Origin: Podarcis filfolensis
Taxonomy: Eukaryota
DNA: 64,000 bases
Direction: 5' to 3' (one strand)
Assembly (NCBI GenBank): GCA_964270895.1
Contig: OZ185440.1
Within the stretch, counting starts at the first letter, position 1. Every line of letters begins with the position of its first letter. Shown here one piece after another: positions 52,331 through 64,000 of the stretch. The notes under the pieces are model-generated. The model did not search any database. It had not been told where the DNA came from and worked only from the letters and a program-made list of their open reading frames with translations. The position numbers were made by a program, and so were the translations under genes.

Positions 52331-55300
52331 CTCTAATCCCAGCCATACAATTAAATAGTTCAACAAAACACGATAGACAAATTATTTTACATAACATTTC
52401 ATACAATTTAACTAATAATTTGATAGCAAAAAGGAAGGCAGTTCTGGTAAAGGTCTAGACTACCGGTATTTGCTGGCTATGTTTAATTCCTTATCCACTG
52501 CAGCTCTTCCCTGCAGTTGGCCAAGCTTTCCCTGGCAACTCAGTAAGAACTGGCACAACAGATAACTGCACTCACGTTGTGAGTTATCCCTTGATCACCT
52601 GAATGTGTGGAACTACTGGTCAATCACTACAATACAGTATATTGTCTCAGTTTCGCACAACCAATTATTGTTGGTTGTACTACTATAAAGCACCTCCTGT
52701 CACTTACTCAACCCTTAAAGAAACAAACAAAAAGTTAAGTATGTGGGATTAAATACCACTCTCCTAATCACCACATACATTTCCAGGCTTCCTACCAAAA
52801 ATATACTCTAAGCAGCAAATGCTTCATGTTCTTAGCCAAAGACTGTCCACCTACAACCACTCAAACAATTTTCACCATTTTTGCAGACATAACATGCAGT
52901 TAACGTTAATGTAAGAAACATTGCTCATGTCCTTCTCATCATTCATCTCCGTAGCCTGAGACGGCCTTGTCATTTTTCACATCAGAATTGGTAAACAACA
53001 ACAGTTAGTGAGGCTCTGGCACCACTCTCTACCAAGCCCCACTGTGACACTATTGAACATCATCCACTCACTGCCAGAAAGGTACTATTAATCCTAGAAA
53101 GGGTGATGTAAGGATGGTAGCCGTATAGCCTAATACTGGCCCAATGCTTGACAGCGATTCACAGGACCACACTTAAAGGTCCCAGGAGCAGCAGAAGAGC
53201 AGCAACTTGCCTTGCACCACCAGGTTTTCCCTGCAACTGAAGCAATGGCTGACTGCTGCATAGCAATGCTTGGGGCAGGATGAATAGAGGCATTGCAGAC
53301 CTCGTGCATAGCATGTTATTTGCTTGAACAGGACTTGGAACACAGACCTGATCCTTCTTCATTGAGCTACAATTGGCTTTGGGGAAAACTCTGATAAATC
53401 TGTACTGTACTACCTTTCAATCTCTATCAGAGCTATTGAAACAGCTTTATAATATCAAGATATTACTCTCCTTTGCCAATGCACAAATCTATTTCTGATC
53501 ATCCAGTGGAGCCTCAGTTATAGTTCATGTCTGAGCAACAATCCCTTGATTGTAAATAACTCATTGGCAAGGCAAAGTTTAGGACTATTCTCTTAAACTT
53601 TGGCCAAAACCCTAAAATCAGTTGGTATTTGTGATGTGCTATAGTGAACATTTCACTCCTAGACCTTGAAGGAAGGAGAGCACGTCTCCACAAGTACTGC
53701 TTTAGATTATAGGCTGGTTACATTAATTTGATTTAGTTTGACTATGGGCTCTTTTAAACTGTAAGGTGGCTGCTTTCACAGAAACTGACTTGGGTTGCTT
53801 TTGTTGCTGTTGTGGTTGTTGTCTTTTACATTTAAATTTGGAGGGGTCTGAAGGGACAGTAAGTAGCCATCATAATAATGGTTATTGACATTGCAGAATA
53901 TTTGAATTTACCGTACACTGCTTCTTTTGCAATACTTGGAAAAAGCTGACATGATGTTTTAGGTCTTCTACAGTCAGCTTTCAGGCCTCAATCAAGTGAA
54001 ACATCCAGCCCTGCTGTGTACACCACTGACCACAACAAAGATTGTGGTTTCTCCCACACTTGCCTTAAATAGATTTAAATTAATGCTATTCATCACTGGG
54101 TGGAAAAGAAAGGAAATATAAAAAGTACAGTAACTTAAGACAAGTTAGGCCTGGCCAGCAATATTGGGCAGTTTTCATACTATTGAGCTAGCCTCATGGC
54201 TATAAATGCCATGGGCTCCACTCAAATACTTCTCTTTACATTTATACTAGGAGCTCTTTTTTTCTTACTGATTGGGTACATCTGCTATTTCAGGATACAG
54301 GAAACAGCATTTAAATCATGCGATACTTCTTTCCTGAAAACACCTGGAAGTATTCTAAGAAACATTAAAAGGCTATATGCTGCTCTGCTTTATTTGTTTC
54401 TGTTTTGGAGAAAGCTTAGCCACATGACTGAACTCGTGCCAGCAGTTCATGATATAGCAAACACTCATAAGTTCCACTACCGTTAGGGTTGAAATTAGCA
54501 TGGATGCTTACCATCTCAATTACAGCAGCAGGGGAATGCAGTTGTCCCCATCTAAATCCTGCTTCTGTCAACCACAGTCTGTTAAAGCCAGCAATACAAA
54601 CTACTCCTCTGCTGACCGAAACAGAAAGTCCCAATGAATAGAGATCCCTTTCTACACTGTACTGCAAAGCAGTTATTCTCAGATGGGTCTGAGAGTGCAA
54701 TGTAAGTTCTTCACCAGTTATGGCTGGAGACATAGTTGGCTGTCACATCAAAGTCGAGGGCTGGATCTGGCAACTGGACACAGGGAACACTGGAATCCAT
54801 GGCGGGGTTATAAAAACAGGGATCCCTTGCTTCAGTGAATCATAAAACAGTAACTCCCAAAGATCATTTGCACCAGCAGAAAGAGCTTCAGCAGTATGAC
54901 TGGAGAAGAGTTAGATGCAAGCGCCTCAGTTGCATAGTGCAGCACAAAGATCTTTGAAGGCGGGAGGATGATAATCAAGAGAGATTGAAGTGTTAAGACA
55001 CTGGACAACTCTGCTATTGTTTTGTCCCTACAGCTGTTTCCAGTTCTCAAGATGCCAGATAACAATCTCTGAAGGGACAAGATACCCTTAAAATTTCTTT
55101 TGAGGGAAGATTCTCCCATATCAAACCACCAATGCAACTCTCTTCTCTCATGAACTGCTATGCTGGCTGGGGTCTGCACGTCCTTTCCCACGAAGAAATA
55201 AGAAGCTGGAACTTCTCACAAATAAGGGAACAAGGGACAGCAAAAGAGCATCTTGCAACAACAGCAACACACTACATGGACTCAGCATCTTGGTTTTGTG

Positions 55301-55614
55301 TAAGTTTAACTAAGGCAGACAGGAGCTAGCTTTATATAAGGAATAAATACATTTAAGTACTGAGGACAATATATTCCTATGCTGTGGAACATGCATACAA
55401 GTCCAGAATAACTCAGAAAAAAATTGCGTACTGCAGTCCTGATTAAATCAATGAGGCTTAAGCACACACTCAAGCATAACGAGTACTTGATCACCCTAAT
55501 CTGATGCACTGATATACATTGCTATACTCCCTGATCTGATGCTGCTGTGTAGTGTCACACAGATACCACCCAAGGGCTGCTGCACTTTCTGCAATAATGA
55601 AGAGTGCTCAAGGT

Positions 55615-55737
55615 CAGATGTGGGAAACCTTTGGCACTACAGAGGCTGCTGAACCACAGTTCTCATCAGCCCCAGCAAGCTTAGCCAGTGGCACATGGTT
55701 CAATGACCTCTGAAGGGCTGGAGGTTTCCCCCACCTG
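55615..55737. mobile_element. Degraded hAT-type palindromic MITE
   Basis: cagatgtgggaaacct ... aggtttccccacctg ends; TSD-like ctcaaggt / ctctagtt (6/8). Confidence 0.6.
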
Positions 55738-57037
55738 CTCTAGTTACACAACCTTATTTCACAAATGGAACTCTCTCCAGCTATGCAGAGAACAGAGCTA
55801 CACATGCTCAACAGTGCTTCATGAAGTTTTGACCGCCCAGAAGGCATCTAAATTAAGATATTGCATCAAAGCAAGTGCTGTTTATGAAGGGAATGCTAGG
55901 TAGGAGTTCCACTGGGGACACAGTGAATCTTGGTAAAGAGAGCTACGTATTCAAGGTTCCATTACTGAGGATCCAATGCACTTGATGCTGAAGTATAAGT
56001 TAAGTTCTCTATGAAACAGGGTTACATACTGAGAAGTCGGCACACCTAGGCTGCAACTTCACATGTTGATCTGGGTGTAAATCTTGTTGAACTTAAACCC
56101 ACTTTTTTCTGAGTAGACATGTGCAGTATTACACTAAAACTATAGATTTGGTTTATAATAGAATATGAAATTCTTTTTAGTGAGTCTTGTTTTACCCAAC
56201 ACATACCGTTCTAACTCAAAACCTTTGTGATCTTACACATGCTTTTTATTAATAGGGAGCAGGTTCTCAATCTGTTACTATGGCCATCTGGTTAATCAGC
56301 AAATCATGCATAACTGTACAGTCATATGAAAGAATGACAACAGCAGTCACAAACCAATGAAAGCACATCATACCTAAACGACATTATTTTCCTTTGATTT
56401 AAATGAAATAAACACTGAATTTTTTAAAAGAACCTTTTTTAAAAGGCTACATATGGTAATTAGAATAAAGTATGCACTGTCACAGTCATATGGAATAATG
56501 TGGTGTGATCAGAAATACTTTATATGGAATATATATACTTTTTGCAGGAAGATATCAAGGGTTACAAAATCTTGTGCCAGCTCTGTTTGAAGTGTTCAGA
56601 ATTATTACAACAGCTTTTACATTATTGATAAATACCAAATGTTCTGTATTGCAGGATGATTGCAATAATGATCAATTGTACTAGAAGTATACAATGTACC
56701 TTTCAGATTTAGAACAAAGGTGCCCAAAATTTTGCAAAGGTATCTCACTATGCTTCATGACCGACTAACTCACATGGTGCTTCTTTACCAGCTATGGGGT
56801 AAATATCACCACCCTCCAAATAATATACAATATTGGTTTATTATAGATGAAAAAGGTGCTCTTTATATTACACTGTCACTTATCTCCAGAACTAAACACA
56901 TTTTCACAGCTACCAAAACAAAATCAGCCTTGTCATGACTTTGGCTTCAGTTCTTAATAGCATTACAATCTATAGGAAAAGGTCTAATTCAATTACTATA
57001 TCTTGGTCAGATTTTTAGATTTTAATTCAGCATTTTT

Positions 57038-57040
<3 letters not shown>

Positions 57041-57076
<36 letters not shown>
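57041..57076. repeat. (CA)18 microsatellite
   Basis: Read directly. Confidence 0.95.
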
Positions 57077-57078
<2 letters not shown>

Positions 57079-58191
57079 GAGTTTTCAAAGCATTTGCTAT
57101 GTTTAGGCTGCAAACCTTAATATACATGTACTTGCTAGAGAGTAAGGTTGTGGGACTTATTTCTGAGTAAACATGCATAGGCTCATGCTGTTAAAACCAT
57201 GCCTAAAACAGATAATGGTCAAAAACATCAGCTATTGTATGTGGCAGACAAAACACAAGCTAGCTTTGTCCATTTAAAATATCCTCAAAAAACAAAGAGA
57301 AATCTTTAACCTCTCACAGAACCCAGTGCTTGAGCTTAGAATCCCCTTTTACAATGTGATCATGTTAGCTGAAGTTGCTCTGCTGCAGTAAAAAACAAGG
57401 AAGTTCTCGCTTGAGTGCCTACTAATGAACAAAGGTTAACTTTATCTCAAAGGTCAAATGCCTGGTGGCGAAGGTTATGACCCTAACAACTTAAATGGTG
57501 ACCCTGCCACGTGCCAAGTATATTGCAGATTCTGATACAGATCATCTGGTAAAGGGCTGGTCATAAATTTACTTTGGTATTATACTCCCACAAAGAATAC
57601 TGTTTGTCACAACAGTTTCCAAGTTGTCATTTGATACATGGGCTAGAGAACTAAGAGGGGAAAAGCAATCCAAAGTTAAAGGTAGCACTACTATATTTTG
57701 ATGGCCTTAAAAAAGAAAGCTAAAACTCCGAATTGAAACCAATGTTTTAATTTCAGTGTACTTTAGCCACCTCTTTGCTCATAAATTCTTTTATTCACAG
57801 TTTTCTTTCAATCTTTGCAAGCTAGTTCACATAATTGTCAAATTTTACATCCCTGTTTCTACATGATTTCCTTAGGAGAATAATTTGTTTTTGTGGCTCA
57901 GACTTACTTCGCAAGCAGGAGCATTGTTTAGATTTGAGCACATGATTTTCTTGCAAATGACTATGTCCTGGCACAAGGAGGGGGCAAAGAAGAAGGAGGG
58001 AAAGAGTCCTCCACACAATTGCTATAAATACATATTTAAGAAGGAAAGGGACATCATACTGCAGAAATCATCAGGAATTAAAGTATCTTGGAACAGTACA
58101 CAAAATAATAGCACTCTGAGTGAAAAGGCCACAATGGTTTTGGCAAATATCTGAAAGCACATTTTGGAGTCTGAACCTCTTGCCAACACTG

Positions 58192-58275
58192 GCAACTTCT
58201 CAAAACTTTTTTTTTTTTAAGAAATATTTATTAAAGTTTTACAAAAACAAAAATATGCAACTTCTCAAAACTTTT
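58192..58275 (-). mobile_element. Ultra-short L1-type retroposed insertion with 19-bp TSD
   Basis: TSD gcaacttctcaaaactttt at 58192-58210 and 58257-58275. The 46-bp insert reads ...ctttAATAAAtatttcttAAAAAAAA on the minus strand. The target context is TTTT/AA. Confidence 0.8.
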
Positions 58276-60513
58276 AAGTAGAAAGAAACATTTTCTGTTT
58301 GCAGACCTTTGGGGATATAGAAGACGCTCCTCAGCTCAGCTGTATATACGTTGATCAACCTGCCTATTATTTTATACATTTTTATTGGCAACTATCGCAG
58401 CATAACTATAAGGTCAGTAAATCTTTTAAAGCAAATCAGGTTGATCTGAAGACAAAGGGCCTTGTAAGATTTTCTTCTGAAATGCTCTTGTTGCGCATAC
58501 AGTACAAGCTGCCATTACTGCAGCTCTGCAAGAGCCAATCACTATTAACTTGGCCAATGTTCAGGTTTAACAAAGGAGTCTGGGATACATCAGCGCAAAA
58601 AAGAAAGAAACTACAACCATTACCCCCAATGAAGGTTGTCCGATCGTAATGCAAATTGTTACTACGTTCTCAAATACACAGCATCATTGAAATATTTTCT
58701 ACAACACAAACGAACTGAAAAAGAGTGTGATATATTACACCTGCGGAAAAAGTAAGTTAAGATGTAAAAAAACACATTTTATAAGGATCTGCAAACACGA
58801 ATACTCCCCCAAAAGCAGTTTACCTATATATGAAAATACCATTGGCATCCTTAAAAAGAGAGAGAGTCAAAGCTCACAAAGGTGATCATTACCAGATTTA
58901 CTAGGCTCTATTGTTAGCATAGCAACACAACCGTACCACAGAATATTGCCAGATATATATTCCATAATGGAAGCAATTGATTATATTATGCCTGATTGCA
59001 TTAATATATAACAGTAACTTTGTTAAGGTGATACTATGAGTATTTGTAATCAATATGACAACTACTTTCAATTAACTGCCATGGATTATTTTAAAAATCA
59101 ATCTACAATGCATGTCCTGAGTCAACAGATGTATGAAGACAGTTTGCAACATGCTGTTAGCACCAAACATTTTTAATGAAAGCATCCATATTTTAAATCT
59201 TTAACTGATTCATCAGCTTTTCATAAAGTCTCACAGAAAATCCTACAATGAAGTTGGGTCTACAGTCTATCATAGGCAGTTCTTAATTAACAAATTGAAC
59301 ACTGGTATTTATTCTTTTAAAAAATAAATGAAAAAGCATCCACACCACAGCACTTCAGAAACACATCGCATATTCACCAATATTTTTGGACGTGTCACTC
59401 AGTGTAAGTACACAATGCAAATAACAGAATCACGTATATCTGCAAACTTAAAGCAAGCCATCCTTTCTAGGAGAAAAGCCCAAAACCTCTTCATAATCAT
59501 ACATGCCAATGATTTCAACAACATTACTAAATGACAAGATGTCACACAACAAAGACCAATTACCATTTTCCATAAGACCATCCAACAGCCACCAATGTAC
59601 CTAGCACCTAAAAATGCCAGATCAAATTAAAACTGTTAAGCTTATTAAATTTCCTCTCCAATCTGATCCAAACTGAAATATTGAAATGTCTGAGTCACAG
59701 AGAGACAAGTGGCTTGCTTTGAAACTGCTAGGCCTAATTACTGAGAAACTATGAATTTGACTAAAACAAGGTTACGGGAAAATGCACACTGTCTTGATCA
59801 GTAACAGCACTTATCTGTTACTAGTGGCAGGTATATGATAGTCACAGCCAGAAGTACAGTTGCAAACAATGCATGATCCATTTTCCTGAATCTCACGTGT
59901 TAAACTAGCAACCCATCCTTTAAAAGCAATAATATTCTACCCACAGGCGGAGGTTACCAGGAACTTTTTGTTTCTCCCTCTTTCATTAGGCAGGTGTTTT
60001 CTTACCAATGGCAATTAAAATCGACAGTTTGTGTATCTGTGAGGAGTCATCACTGCGTGCTCAGTGTTTTTTCTTAAGGCGGCCAAATTTTGGATATTTA
60101 ACCATACTGTATTACAGATTGGGCTTGTAAATTTTTTTATAGTTATTACTGATTTCCTCACAAAATAGTGAACTTTGAACATGTTGAGCAAAATAATCAC
60201 TCAGAAATACACAGTACCCTCATGTCCAATCTTTAACCAGGCCTAGAAATATTTTGTACATACAGTCTCCATCTTCATACTACAGTTCCGTCCTTATGAA
60301 AAAGCTTCAAAAAGGCAGAATGTTAGGTTACAATGTAAAAAAACCCTCATGTTTTTGCAATCACCTTTTATTAACAGCTTTGCAATACAACACAGGATGT
60401 CTATATCCTCTCCACTACTGGTTAAACTTCAACCACTATCACAGCCACGCTGCCAACCAGCATGGTAGATGCAAGCACAGATTAGCCTAATCGTTTGGTT
60501 GGAAAAGTCATTA

Positions 60514-64000
<3,487 letters not shown>

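Noticed and set aside
54832-55191. Minus-strand ORF with RRELHWW, reminiscent of DIRS RT/RNase H
   Set aside because: I found no following TDAS/GWGA or other DIRS motifs in the frames I read.

Overview
Vertebrate genomic DNA, about 39% GC by eye. The repeat landscape points to a squamate reptile, probably a lacertid lizard (inference). The only protein-coding sequence I can support is the 532-bp second coding exon of NFIA (Nuclear Factor I A, DNA-binding/dimerisation domain) on the minus strand at 60546-61077, with canonical AG/GT splice sites. The rest is NFIA intron: part of intron 1 to the right and about 60.5 kb of the very long intron 2 to the left. I found neither exon 1 nor exon 3. The intron holds non-autonomous DNA transposons (seven Tigger/pogo-like MITEs, one Tc2-like MITE, several hAT and Harbinger-like palindromic MITEs), tRNA-derived SINEs, CR1/L2/Bov-B fragments and microsatellites. 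All other ORFs in the track look spurious. I found no new multi-gene system. The best leads concern RNA processing of NFIA: (1) a SINE-derived branch point + pyrimidine tract + TAG|GTGAGT motif resembling a recursive splice site, (2) an inverted MITE pair with a 68-bp perfect stem, (3) an intronic stop and poly(A) signal just after exon 2 that could give an NFI-B3-like truncated NFIA, (4) a possible exon-2 circRNA, and (5) a 46-bp L1-type insertion with a perfect 19-bp TSD. Family names were assigned from remembered consensus features, not from database searches.
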